From an uncultured Chloroflexia bacterium (lineage in GTDB: Bacteria; Chloroflexota; Anaerolineae; CG2-30-64-16), in contig CAWEMM010000006.1 in the NCBI GenBank assembly GCA_963810095.1, forward strand, positions 1,792,001 through 1,856,000: 64,000 nucleotides of DNA. Direction: 5' to 3'. The position numbers and the translations under genes are program-made. A model generated the notes under the pieces. It was not told the origin of the DNA. It made no database searches and worked only from the letters and a program-made list of their open reading frames with translations. Positions 38,988 to 48,963 of the stretch are shown in pieces. The number at the start of each line of letters is the position of its first letter. Within the stretch, counting starts at the first letter, position 1.

Positions 38988-40295
38988 CTAGCCGCCTGCG
39001 TCGAAGAAGGGTAGTTGCAGCACGACGAGTACGATCAGCGCAAGCACCGCGGGCACGGCGTACCAGTAGCGCCGGTTCCGGGCGTCGACGGCCAGGAACT
39101 GGCTGCGGGTGGCCCACCAGACGACCGTGACCGCGACGACCTGGAGCGCCGCGTTGCTCCACGGGTTCTCCTCGCCAAGACCGATCGCCCGGACGGCCAG
39201 GGCAATCGCGACCAGGGTCAGGAGGTGGGCCGTCCAGGCATAGAGCGCATGTTGCCCGAACGGCAGCAGGAAGCCCTGGAACGCCCGCGACAGCGGCGCC
39301 CACCAGCGCGTCAGGCAGAGCAAGAGCCAGCCGAACACCACGGCCGAAGCAAAAGCGCGTCCCGGGCCCAGGTTGGGCCGGCCGAACAGGGTGTCGAGCG
39401 CCAAGCGCTGCAGCGGCACGATGGCCGCGGGCAGGTTGTCCGGCGGGATGCGGAGGAGGAAGAACAGGCCGACCAGGGCCGCGAATGCCAATCCGGTGAG
39501 CAGGTGCAGCCGGTTGCGCGCGCTCCCCTCAAGGCGGGGCAGGCGGTCGCGGCGGTAGCTGAGGACAAAGGTCGTGAAGAACAGCAACTGCCACGTCGAA
39601 AACGGAAAGGCCAGGCCATGCGCAACCGGCCAAGGGAAGGTCGCCGGCTCCGGATAAACCTGATAGACAAGCCACACGAGCCATGATGCGAGCAGCACGA
39701 CCCAGACGCCTTTCTGTTCGATGATCAGAAGGACGAGCGGGAGGGCGAGGAACAGCAGGGTATAGAGCAGCAGGATGTCGACGTACGGATAGCTCATGTG
39801 CAGGCCGAGCACGCTGGCGAGGAACTTGAGCGAACGTGACATGTCGATGCCAATAGCCCACGGCAGTTGGAGCGCCTCGGATAGCGGCGCGAGGAACAAG
39901 GTCAACCCAACTGTGAGCAGATACAGAGTGAACGCGCGGCTAAGGGCCTTCGTCATCGCCGCGACGAGACCATCGCGCACGACCAGCCGGCGATAGACGA
40001 GCCCTGCGGTCAGGCCAGAAACCAGGATGAAGCCCTCGGCGGCCGAGGTGAGGAACAAGCTCCCGCCTGTGAGGAAGTACAGGGGTGAGGCGCCGGCCAC
40101 GTGGTCGACAATGATCACCAGCACGCAGAGCCCGCGCAGGAAATCGAGCCGCAAATCGCGGCCGGAGGGCGTGACGTAGGCGGGCCGGCCAGGCGAGGCT
40201 GACAGGCGGGCGACATCTGCGGGGGTTGAGATTGCTGACACGGGTGAAGTCCTGAATCGCGCCCGGGCTGGAAGAGCGGGCGTTTCGAGCGACAA
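38988..40295 (-). CDS. OpgC-domain membrane protein (acyltransferase-3-like); start uncertain
   Basis: RDLRLDFLRG, AAEGFILVSG, DILLLY, WQLLF, GQHALY. Confidence 0.85.
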   Translation of the reverse strand: MSLETPALPARARFRTSPVSAISTPADVARLSASPGRPAYVTPSGRDLRLDFLRGLCVLVIIVDHVAGASPLYFLTGGSLFLTSAAEGFILVSGLTAGLVYRRLVVRDGLVAAMTKALSRAFTLYLLTVGLTLFLAPLSEALQLPWAIGIDMSRSLKFLASVLGLHMSYPYVDILLLYTLLFLALPLVLLIIEQKGVWVVLLASWLVWLVYQVYPEPATFPWPVAHGLAFPFSTWQLLFFTTFVLSYRRDRLPRLEGSARNRLHLLTGLAFAALVGLFFLLRIPPDNLPAAIVPLQRLALDTLFGRPNLGPGRAFASAVVFGWLLLCLTRWWAPLSRAFQGFLLPFGQHALYAWTAHLLTLVAIALAVRAIGLGEENPWSNAALQVVAVTVVWWATRSQFLAVDARNRRYWYAVPAVLALIVLVVLQLPFFDAGG

Positions 40296-40377
40296 TTATG
40301 GGCCTCGCTCGGCCGGTCACGGCAAACGGAGGCCATCATATCAGGTGCGCCCGTTCGGCGCAAAAGAGGCGCGGCAA

Positions 40378-43106
40378 CTATTCCTGCGGTGCCCCGTTCC
40401 CCGGTTCGCCGGCTTCGTCGAGGACGACCACGGCCCCTTTCGATCCGTCGACCCGCACCCGCTGCCCAGTGCGCAGCCGGGTCGTGGCGCGGTCCACGCC
40501 CACTACGGCGGGGATGCCGTACTCGCGCGCCACGACCGAGCCGTGCGTCATCAGCCCGCCCACCTCCATGACCAGCGCACACGCGGGGAGGAACAGCGGC
40601 GTCCAGGATGGGTCGGTGCCCCGGCAGACGAGCACGTCGCCGGGCTCCATCTTTGCGCTACCCGGATCGAGCACGACGTTCACCCGGCCTTCGGCCAACC
40701 CCGGCGAAACCGGGCTGCCTGCCAGCCCGCCCACCGGCAGACCGTCCGACGCCTTTCCGCCGCCGATCCCTTCATAGAAGGCCGTCCCGTCGCTGAGCAT
40801 CAGCCTGGGCGCCTGTCTCCGGCGCTGCTCATGGAGGTGGCGCTGGCGCTGCGCGTCCACGCTCTCACGCAGCCGCCCGCGCCAGCCGGCCAGGTCTTCG
40901 CCCCGCGCCTGTGCGCCGGCCAGTGCCTGCAGCTCGGCCCGTGGGAGCCAGACGACATCTTCCTTTGTCTCCAGGACGCCGGCCCGAGCCAGTTCCGCGC
41001 CCGAGTCGAGCAGGGCCTCACGGGCGATGCCGAGCAGGTTGACGATCGTAAACTTCGGGCTCTCGCGCAGCCCCGCCAGCGCACGCACCCGACGCACGTA
41101 CCATCGTGCCAGTGCGGCCTTACGCCGCCCGCCCGGCCGCTTCCGCAGCTCTGCCACCAAGCGCTCCGCCGCCTGCTCGGCCGCGGCCGCGCCCCGCGCA
41201 AACACGGCGTCCGGCGCCAATGCCGGGTCCGTGATGCGCACGTAGCTCTGCACGGCCTCCATGACCGGCGCCGGGTCGTCACGCCATCTCGGCCGGCCCA
41301 TGTCGATCTCGCCGAGCCCGCGCATCCCGTAACGTGACAGGAATTCGGCGAGCGCCTGCTGCCCGACGGGCGGCAGGTCCTTTGCCAGGTATGCTTGCGC
41401 CAGGCTGCGGCTGTGCTCGGGTCAGGAAGGCCTCGTTCGCAGCCGCATCGCGCTGGATGCGCCGGGCTGCCTCCCACAGGGCCAGGTCCATCTCGGTGGT
41501 GACGTTATTAGGCAGCCCGCGCAGCAGCTCGAGCGCCACCTGGCGGCCGGCGGGCAGCTCGTCGCACACCCGGTAGAGCCGGTACAGGGAGGCCATGCCG
41601 GGCACGAAGCGCGGGAACAGCCCCGGCAGGAGGAACTTGCGGATCGAAACGGCAATCTCGTCCAGCAGGGCCAGCCGCTGCTCGAGGCTATGCGCCTCGG
41701 CAGAGAGCGTTTCGTACCACCTGATGGCCCGGCCGACGCTCTTGGCTGCCTCGCGCTGCGCTGCCTCGGGCCGGGCCAGTGCCAGGGCCAGCCGCCCGGC
41801 GAGGGGCAGCAGCAGGCGCGCGGCGGTCCGGATAGTGCGCACGCTCGGCCGCTCCGACGTCACGCCAAGCCGCGGGTCGTCCCACACCTGGAGCAAGGCC
41901 TCGCGCACCGACGGCTCGACCTGCCCAAGCGCGGCGTGGAGCAGCCGGCGCCCGAACCCGTTGCGGAGCAGCGCAGTGAGGTCGATCCAGAGCCGTTCTC
42001 CCGCCTGCCTGAACACGCCCTGGGTTTCCCACGTCACGTCGTAGTCCAGCAGGCAGGCCGTGGAGGCGGCGAGCGAACGCAGCGCGTCGCTGCCGAGCGG
42101 CGTCAGCGGGTCGAGCATCCCCTGGAAGGCGCCAAATGAGCCTAAGACCCGCAGCGGCCCGGCCGGCTCCATACCGGCTGGCAGCGGGTATAGAGATGTG
42201 ATTGGGCGCGACTGGACCAGCGCCAGCTCTCCTGCGGCCCACGTCCATTCAATGTCCTGGGGTATGCCGAAATAGGCTTCGACGCGCTCGCCCAGCCCGG
42301 CCAGCGCCGCGATGGCGCCGTCGGGCAGCGCCTGCAGCGAGCGCCGGTCTCCGCCGGCGCCGGGCCCGACCTTCGCGCCCAGTTGTTTGGCAACAATACG
42401 CCCGCTTGCGCTCTCGACCAGGTAGTGGTCCGGCTCGACCTGCCCGCTGACCAGCGCTTCCCCCAGGCCAAGGGTTGCGTCGATCGCGCTTTCCGTGCGC
42501 CGCCCGGTGAGCGGGTTTGCGGTAAAGAGCACCCCGGCGGCTTCGGCCTGCACCATCGCCTGGACGACCACGGCGAGGGACACGCCATCCTGCGGGAGGC
42601 CGTTGTGTGCCCGGTACCCGATGGCGCGGGCGGTCCACAGGCTGCCCCAGCATGAGCGGACGGCCTCCAGCAGCGCCGCCTGCCCCGACACGTTGAGATA
42701 GGTGTCCTGCTGGCCGGCAAAGGAAAGATCGGGTAGGTCTTCGGCGGTGGCCGACGAGCGCACCGCGACGGGGCCTGCATCCCCGAACAGCCCGACATAG
42801 GCGGCGCAGATTGCAGAAGCAAGGTCGGGGGGCAGCGAGCCGGCATGGAAGTGGGCTCGAATGGCGCCAGACGCGGCTTCGAGGGAGGCCGGATCGTCGG
42901 GCGTGAGGCCGGCCAGGATGGCGCGCGATGAGCGGGCCCAGCCCGTTTGCGTGCACGAAGGCGTCGTAGGCGCCGGTCGTGATGACGAAACCGGGGGGGA
43001 CGGGGAATCCGCCGCGGATCAGCCGGGAAAGGTTCGCCGCCTTCCCGCCAGACACATTCAATGTAGCGAGGGGTGAATCGAGCGCGAGAATAAAGGGTGC
43101 AGGCAT
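40378..43106 (-). CDS. PEP-synthase-like / rifamycin-phosphotransferase-like enzyme (ATP-grasp, central domain, C-terminal His swivel domain); frameshifts near 42925 and 41420
   Basis: GGKAANL, VRSSATAEDLPDLSFAGQQDT, QDIEW, QSRPIT; TDPSWTPLF, GGLMTHGSVVAREYGIPAV. Confidence 0.88.
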
Positions 43107-43177
43107 GTGGGCTCCGATCTGGTGTGAGAATTCTAGCGTCTCGCGTTCCCTGCGTCAACGTTGCGAGATATCGAGAT

Positions 43178-43206
43178 TTGCATTTGCGCTGAACATGTGA
43201 TATACA
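43178..43206 (+). promoter_or_regulatory. Sigma70-type promoter of the zinc-ribbon gene
   Basis: TTGCAT-17 nt-TATACA with a TG extension. Confidence 0.55.
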
Positions 43207-43336
43207 TAGGGTAATTGATATGCATCCGTCGACGGACACGAACCAGGAAATAGCTCCCACAAGCAAACGCCCTGTTAGTTCTCGCAGCGCCGGATAAGTC
43301 AAGAGAAAAACATTCACAGGAGTTAGTGAGACTAAC

Positions 43337-43798
43337 ATGGCAGATCAAACCCTTACTTGCACGGATTGCGGCACGCAGTTCACCTTCACCGAAAGCGAAC
43401 AAGAATTCTACCGGTCCAAGGGCTTCAGCACCCCGGGCCGCTGTCCGTCGTGCCGCGCCGCTCGCAAGGCCGCGCGCAATGCGGGTGGTGGTGGTTACAG
43501 CAGTGGGAGCAGCTACGGTGGCGGTTCAAGCTACGGCGGCGAACGGCAGATGTATCCGGCCGTTTGCGCGAGCTGTGGTAAGCAGACAGAAGTTCCGTTC
43601 CAACCTCGCGGCGATCGCCCGGTCTATTGCTCTGACTGCTTCCGCAGCCAGGGTGGTGGCAGCGGCCGCTCGAGCGGCGGTGGCTACGGTGGCGGCGGCC
43701 GCTCCAGCGGAGGCGGCGGCTACGGTGGTGGCGGCGGCTACGGTGGTGGCGGCAGCCGCTCCAGCGGCGGGCGCTCCGATCGCGGCGGGCGCTACTAA
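43337..43798 (+). CDS. Zinc-ribbon + CxxC-x17-CxxC protein with a Gly/Ser/Tyr-rich tail
   Basis: CTDC..F.F...EQEFY...CPSCR; CASCG...VPFQPRGDRPVYCSDCF; GGYGGG repeats. Confidence 0.9.
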   Translation: MADQTLTCTDCGTQFTFTESEQEFYRSKGFSTPGRCPSCRAARKAARNAGGGGYSSGSSYGGGSSYGGERQMYPAVCASCGKQTEVPFQPRGDRPVYCSDCFRSQGGGSGRSSGGGYGGGGRSSGGGGYGGGGGYGGGGSRSSGGRSDRGGRY

Positions 43799-43818
43799 AT
43801 CATAGGCTAGCCGAACTG

Positions 43819-43850
43819 GCCTCTCAGGGTTTTGGCCCTGAGAGGCTTTT
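43819..43850 (+). terminator. Intrinsic terminator
   Basis: GCCTCTCAGGG-TTTTGG-CCCTGAGAGGC-TTTT. Confidence 0.8.
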
Positions 43851-44036
43851 CATTATCCCCCTTGTGCCTTATCCTCATATTTCTTGCTTTTGCCCTCTCC
43901 TTCACAAGCCGCAAGAGAAATGAGAGGCGAATCCGTGATGCAGACACCAGACAGGGCCGCCTGGCCCAGCTAGACTGGGGATGCAACCCGCGCACAGCTT
44001 CTGCGCGGCGAAATCACCCCAGCAAGGAGTCGATCT

Positions 44037-44465
44037 ATGCCTGCACGCACAGCCAATGCCGTTTGGGAAGGTGACTTGCGCGGTGGCCGCGGCCGGATGA
44101 AGTTCGGGGGCGGAGCCTGGGAAGGCCAGTACTCGTTTTCCTCCCGCTTCGAGGAAGGCCCCGGCACCAATCCCGAGGAATTGATCGCGGCCGCACACGC
44201 CGGCTGTTTTTCAATGGCTTTCTCGAGCAACCTGGCGAAAGCCGGCTTCCCGCCCACCAAGGTTGAGACGACGGCGAAGGTCTACCTGGAGAAAGTTGGC
44301 GACGGGTTCTCGATCACCCGCATTAACCTGGACACGGTCGGCCAGGTGCCGGGTATCTCGGAGCCCCAGTTCTTGGAGATCGCCGAGGCCGCAAAGAAGG
44401 GCTGCCCGGTGTCGCGCCTGCTCACGGGCGCCGAAATCACCTTGAACGCACGGCTCGAGAAGTGA
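44037..44465 (+). CDS. osmC: OsmC-family peroxiredoxin
   Basis: ANAVWEG, YSFSSRFE, GTNPEELIAAAHAGCFSMA, AKKGCPVS. Confidence 0.95.
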   Translation: MPARTANAVWEGDLRGGRGRMKFGGGAWEGQYSFSSRFEEGPGTNPEELIAAAHAGCFSMAFSSNLAKAGFPPTKVETTAKVYLEKVGDGFSITRINLDTVGQVPGISEPQFLEIAEAAKKGCPVSRLLTGAEITLNARLEK

Positions 44466-44477
44466 GCTAGAACCTAC

Positions 44478-44563
44478 ATTGAGCTGATCTGCCCAGCCGT
44501 GGCATAGGCGGTCGCCGGGCCGGCCCGATTTCTGAGCGGGGCCGTCGGGCGGATCAGCTCAAT
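44478..44563. repeat. Long stem-loop downstream of osmC
   Basis: ATTGAGCTGATCTGCCC...GGGCGGATCAGCTCAAT. Confidence 0.6.
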
Positions 44564-44693
44564 CCTGCCGCTTGGTCATCACCCCCACTCGTAAACCCTC
44601 GCGGTATGGCGTATCTTTTTTCTCCCTGACGCATCAAAGCGGATTGCGCTGGTGGATGCTGGTCGTATCTGTGCGTTGGAGTTTGGAAGAGCG

Positions 44694-45830
44694 ATGCTGT
44701 TACGCGTTTTATCATTCAATACCTGGGGTGTTCCCGTTTTTTCCCGCGACAGGGCCGCAAGGATGCGGGCTATTGGCCGCGCCATAGGCGAAATGGACGT
44801 CGACATCGTGGGGCTGCAGGAGGTCTTTTACGGCAAGGACCGCCGTTTGCTCGTCGAGGCGGCGGCGCGCGCCGGTCTGACCTACAGCCACTACTTCGCG
44901 TCGGGCGTTATGGGCAGCGGGCTGCTGACCCTCTCGCGCTATCCCATCGTGGACGAGACGTTTCTGCGATTTCGTCTGAACGGCCGGCCCCAAGATCTCG
45001 TACGGGTGGACTACTACGCCGGGAAGGGTGTGGGCCGAGTGCGCGTGATGTCGCCCGCAGGTCCGGTCGACATCTACAATGCCCATCTCATTGCACCCTA
45101 CCTGGAGTTTGGCCCGGATCGCTTCACTGCCCACCGGGTGGCCCAGGCAGTGGAGATCGGCCGGTACATGGGCGAGCAGTCGCAGGATGTGCCCTCGGTG
45201 TTGGTGGGCGACCTGAACTGCTCGCCGGAAGACACCACTTATCGTGCGGTAATATCGGCCGGCGGGCTAGTCGAAGCATGCGGCCCGTTAAGCCCGGGCT
45301 CGCCCGAAGCGGTGGCCGCGGAGCGCAACGGCTACGCCTCGATCCATCCCCCGGATCATTTTGACTACGTGTTCGGCCGGTCGGCCGGCCGCTCGCACCT
45401 CACTGCCTGCAGCTCACGTTTCGTGCTGGGAGGTGCGCCGGACCCCAATCCGGACCGCTTGCTCGGTTACTCGGACCACTACGGCGTGCTGGCCGAGTTC
45501 GACCTCGTCCTGTCAGCCCAGCCACTCGGGACCGGCCAGGTTCCCGCGACGCCGTTAAGGTCGGTTGTTGAAGCGCCGTTTCACCATGGCATCAGCGGCA
45601 ACCGGCGGCACCGGCGCAAGGCCGGGCTGATGGCCGCCGCGGCCAGCTTGAGTTCCGCCGCGCTGGTGAGTGGGAGTCGGGGGAGAAACCTGGGTCCTGC
45701 CGGCCGGCTGATCACGGCTGCGTTGGTGGCGGGCTTGCTCGTCACCGGCGGCGTCAATCTGTCGACCGCAGCCCGGCTCGACACGGAGACGCGCACGCTT
45801 GCGGCCATGCTCGAGGAAGAACGATCGTAA
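44694..45830 (+). CDS. EEP-superfamily phosphodiesterase, neutral sphingomyelinase 1 / Isc1-like
   Basis: FNTWG, LQEV, GSGL...SRYPI, DYYAGKGV, HRVAQA, GDLN, DYVF, SDHYGV; two hydrophobic C-terminal segments. Confidence 0.85.
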   Translation: MLLRVLSFNTWGVPVFSRDRAARMRAIGRAIGEMDVDIVGLQEVFYGKDRRLLVEAAARAGLTYSHYFASGVMGSGLLTLSRYPIVDETFLRFRLNGRPQDLVRVDYYAGKGVGRVRVMSPAGPVDIYNAHLIAPYLEFGPDRFTAHRVAQAVEIGRYMGEQSQDVPSVLVGDLNCSPEDTTYRAVISAGGLVEACGPLSPGSPEAVAAERNGYASIHPPDHFDYVFGRSAGRSHLTACSSRFVLGGAPDPNPDRLLGYSDHYGVLAEFDLVLSAQPLGTGQVPATPLRSVVEAPFHHGISGNRRHRRKAGLMAAAASLSSAALVSGSRGRNLGPAGRLITAALVAGLLVTGGVNLSTAARLDTETRTLAAMLEEERS

Positions 45831-46133
45831 CGGCGCCGCCCGAAGAAGCCGTGAAGCAATGTGTGCTTGAAGGGCTTCTACGGTTTGGAATCGATCCGAA
45901 AATGCTCTGGCCGAGACCTGCCCCAGCTAATTCTCGGATAGAACCTAGGGTCACGCGCCCATCCAGAGGTCGCACTGCGCCGGCCGGGATAGGGCGAAGA
46001 AGGGTCCGGGGCGAATAACCTCGGGCCCTTCGCATTGGTGGCATAGAAGTCGACTTCTGAACGATTTCTGAACGTTCCTTGTGATACGTTGTCGTCCGAC
46101 GAGCCACAGGTTAGCCGGACAAGGAGGGTTAAG

Positions 46134-46508
46134 ATGTCGATCGGAGATGCTAAGGCGTTGGTGATGGAATACCTGGACGAGCTTAGCGGGACGACCAAGC
46201 CCGCCGAAATTGTGGACAGGTATGTAGCCGACACGGACGCGGAGCTGAAGCAGCACATTCGCGACGCGGAGTCAGCTTTTCCTTGTTATGAGATGCTGCG
46301 CGAGGCGGTTATTGCCGACGGGGATATCGTGGCCATACGCTTCAGGATGCAAGCAAAGCACGCCGCGACGGGCACGTCAGTCGACGTACCAGGCCAGATT
46401 TGGTATCGGGTGCAAGACGGCAAGATTGCTCAGCACTGGATCGTCATGGACAATGCGATACTGATGCAACAGCTTGGCGCCGTACAGCCGGCAGCAGCCC
46501 AGGCGTGA
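46134..46508 (+). CDS. SnoaL/NTF2-like (ester cyclase family) small protein
   Basis: AFP, VIADGDIVAIRF, YRVQDGKIAQHW..D...LMQQLG; RBS AAGGAGG. Confidence 0.85.
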   Translation: MSIGDAKALVMEYLDELSGTTKPAEIVDRYVADTDAELKQHIRDAESAFPCYEMLREAVIADGDIVAIRFRMQAKHAATGTSVDVPGQIWYRVQDGKIAQHWIVMDNAILMQQLGAVQPAAAQA

Positions 46509-46515
46509 GACTAAA

Positions 46516-46560
46516 GGAGGCAGGAACGGTCGTGACCATTCCTGCCTCCTCCCTGTTTTT
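46516..46560. terminator. Bidirectional terminator
   Basis: GGAGGCAGGAACGGTC/GACCATTCCTGCCTCC between convergent genes. Confidence 0.7.
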
Positions 46561-46562
46561 CC

Positions 46563-47900
46563 CTATAGCAGCAGCCGCATCGGCTCTTCAAGCGCCTTCT
46601 TGACTGCCTGCATGAAGCGGGCCGCTTCGGCCCCGTCGGTCACGCGGTGGTCGGCCGAGAGGGTCGCCTTCATGCGCTGCCCCACGACGATCTGGCCCTC
46701 TGCGTTCACCACGGGCGTCTTCTGCACCGCACCCACCGCAAGGATGGCCGCCTGGGGCGGATTGATAATTGCGATGAAGTCGTCGACTTCGAACATGCCC
46801 AGGTTGCTGATGGTGAACGTGCCGCCCACCATTTCGTCAGGCTTCATCCGGCCTTCCCGCGCCCGGCTCACGAGGTCGCGCGTTTCGCGCGCGATCTGCG
46901 CCAGCGACTTCTTGTCCACGTCACGCACGACGGCGGTGACCAGGCCGTTCTCCCGCGCCACTGCATGCCCGACGTTGACCTGGTTCTGCACGCGAGTCCC
47001 TTCGGGCGACCAGGCGGCGTTGATCCTGGGGAACTGGCGCAGCGCCACCGCACAGGCCTTCTGGACAAGATCGTTGACCGAAATCTTGTCCGTCTCGGGC
47101 ACCAGAGCGTTGAGCTGGGTCCGCAGGGCCATGGCTGCGCCCATGTCGATATCCATCGTGACATAGAAATGCGGAACCGTCTGCTTGCTCTCCGTCATCC
47201 GCTTGCCGATGGTCTGGCGGATGCCGCTGAAGGGCTCGACCGTATACTCGGCCCCGGTCGGCTCATAGGACGGCGTGGGCATGGGTGGGGGCGCAGCGGC
47301 AGCCTTGGGCGCCCGGTCGCGCTCCTGGATGTGGGTCTCGATGTCGCGCTTGATGATGCGCCCCATCGGACCGCTGCCCTTGACCTGGCGCAGGTCGATG
47401 CCCAGCTCGCCCGCCATGCGCATCGCCACGGGCGACGCCAGCAGGCGGCCGTCTTCCGGCGCAGCGGGCTCGGAGGGTGCGGGCGCTGCCGCAGGCGGGG
47501 CCGTGGGTGCGGTGGCAGCCGCACCGGTTGCCGGCGAGGATTTCTCCTGTTGAGCGGGCACGGGCTCTGCGGCCGGAGCCGTGGGTGCCGGGGCAGGCGC
47601 TTGTCCGCCGGCCGCCCCGCCCTGGCCCTCGACGCCGAGCGCCTTCGGATCGTACTTCTCGCCGGCCTCGCCAACGACGGCGACCGGGGTGCCAATGGGC
47701 ACAGACTCGCCGGCCTGCACCAGGATGTCGAGGAGCACGCCGCCGCGGAAAGCCGGCACTTCGACCGTCGCCTTGTCGGTTTCAACCAGCAGGATGGTCT
47801 CGCCCTGGGTCATCGGCTCGCCGGGCTTTTTCAGCCACTCGCTCAGCTTACCTTCGGCCATATCGAAGCCGAGCTTGGGCATGGTAATCAATTCAGCCAT
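46563..47900 (-). CDS. pdhC: Dihydrolipoamide acyltransferase (E2) of pyruvate dehydrogenase
   Basis: Lipoyl motif ETDKA, E3-binding ASPVA...GSGPMGRI, FTISNLG, DHRVTDG. Confidence 0.93.
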   Translation of the reverse strand: MAELITMPKLGFDMAEGKLSEWLKKPGEPMTQGETILLVETDKATVEVPAFRGGVLLDILVQAGESVPIGTPVAVVGEAGEKYDPKALGVEGQGGAAGGQAPAPAPTAPAAEPVPAQQEKSSPATGAAATAPTAPPAAAPAPSEPAAPEDGRLLASPVAMRMAGELGIDLRQVKGSGPMGRIIKRDIETHIQERDRAPKAAAAPPPMPTPSYEPTGAEYTVEPFSGIRQTIGKRMTESKQTVPHFYVTMDIDMGAAMALRTQLNALVPETDKISVNDLVQKACAVALRQFPRINAAWSPEGTRVQNQVNVGHAVARENGLVTAVVRDVDKKSLAQIARETRDLVSRAREGRMKPDEMVGGTFTISNLGMFEVDDFIAIINPPQAAILAVGAVQKTPVVNAEGQIVVGQRMKATLSADHRVTDGAEAARFMQAVKKALEEPMRLLL

Positions 47901-47920
47901 AACTTCCCCCTCTGACGAGG

Positions 47921-47966
47921 TCTTTGTGTGGTGCGAGGCGCGTCAGCGCCTCGCACCACACAAAGA
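47921..47966. repeat. Perfect 21-bp inverted repeat between pdhB and pdhC
   Basis: TCTTTGTGTGGTGCGAGGCGC-GTCA-GCGCCTCGCACCACACAAAGA. Confidence 0.9.
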
Positions 47967-48950
47967 TTACTTCAGATACATCACGTCCTTCACGGCGTTG
48001 ATAATGTCTTCGGTTTGCGGCAGGGCCGATTGTTCGAGGCGCCGGTTGTAGGGCAGCGGTACCTCGGCCTGGGCCACCCGGCGGATCGGCGCATCCAGGT
48101 AGTCGAATGCCAGCTCGGTCACCCGGGTCGAGATCTCCGAGCCGATGCCGTAGGAGCGCCACCCCTCTTCGACCATAACCATCCGGTTGGTCTTCTTGAC
48201 CGATTCGACGACGGGCCGGGTGTCGAGCGGGCGCAGCGTGCGCAGGTCGATCACCTCCGCGCTGATGCCCTCCTTGGCAAGCCTGTCGGCCGCCTCCAGC
48301 GACAACTGCAGGCCCTTGGAGTAGGACACGATGGTCACGTCCTTGCCCTCGCGCTTGACGTCCGACTCGCCAATGGGGATGATGAAGTCCTCGTCGTCGG
48401 GCACCTCGCCCTTAGCCTGGTAGAGGGTCGCATGTTCGATGAAGAGCACGGGGTCGTCTTCCCGGATGGCGGCCTTGAGCAGCCCCTTGGCGTCTGCCGC
48501 CGTACCCGGCGAAACCACCTTCAGGCCGGGAAAGTGTGCGAACACGGAGTCGGGGGTCTGCGAGTGCGTCGCGCCCAGCTGCCGGCCGCCGCCGCCCACC
48601 GTGCGGATCACGAGCGGTACGCGGATCTGACCGTTGAACATGTAGTGGATTTTCGCGGCGTGGTTGACGATCTGGTCCATGGCCAGGAATGCAAAGTTGA
48701 TCGTCATGATCTCGGCCACCGGGCGCAGGCCGGCCATGGCCGCGCCGACCGCCGCGCCGACAATCACGCCCTCCGCAATGGGAGTGTCACGCACGCGCTT
48801 TTCGCCGAACTCGTCCAGGAAGCCACGGGTGACTGCGTACGTGCCGCCCCACTTCCCGATTTCCTCGCCCATAAGGAACACCCGCTCGTCGCGGTACATC
48901 TCTTCGCGCAGCGCCTGGCTGATGGCCTCGCGAACTGTCATTCTAGCCAT
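47967..48950 (-). CDS. pdhB: Pyruvate dehydrogenase E1 beta subunit
   Basis: DTPIAE, AMDQIVNHAAK, ATHSQ, EVIDLRTLRPLD. Confidence 0.95.
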   Translation of the reverse strand: MARMTVREAISQALREEMYRDERVFLMGEEIGKWGGTYAVTRGFLDEFGEKRVRDTPIAEGVIVGAAVGAAMAGLRPVAEIMTINFAFLAMDQIVNHAAKIHYMFNGQIRVPLVIRTVGGGGRQLGATHSQTPDSVFAHFPGLKVVSPGTAADAKGLLKAAIREDDPVLFIEHATLYQAKGEVPDDEDFIIPIGESDVKREGKDVTIVSYSKGLQLSLEAADRLAKEGISAEVIDLRTLRPLDTRPVVESVKKTNRMVMVEEGWRSYGIGSEISTRVTELAFDYLDAPIRRVAQAEVPLPYNRRLEQSALPQTEDIINAVKDVMYLK

Positions 48951-48963
48951 GAATTACTCCCCT

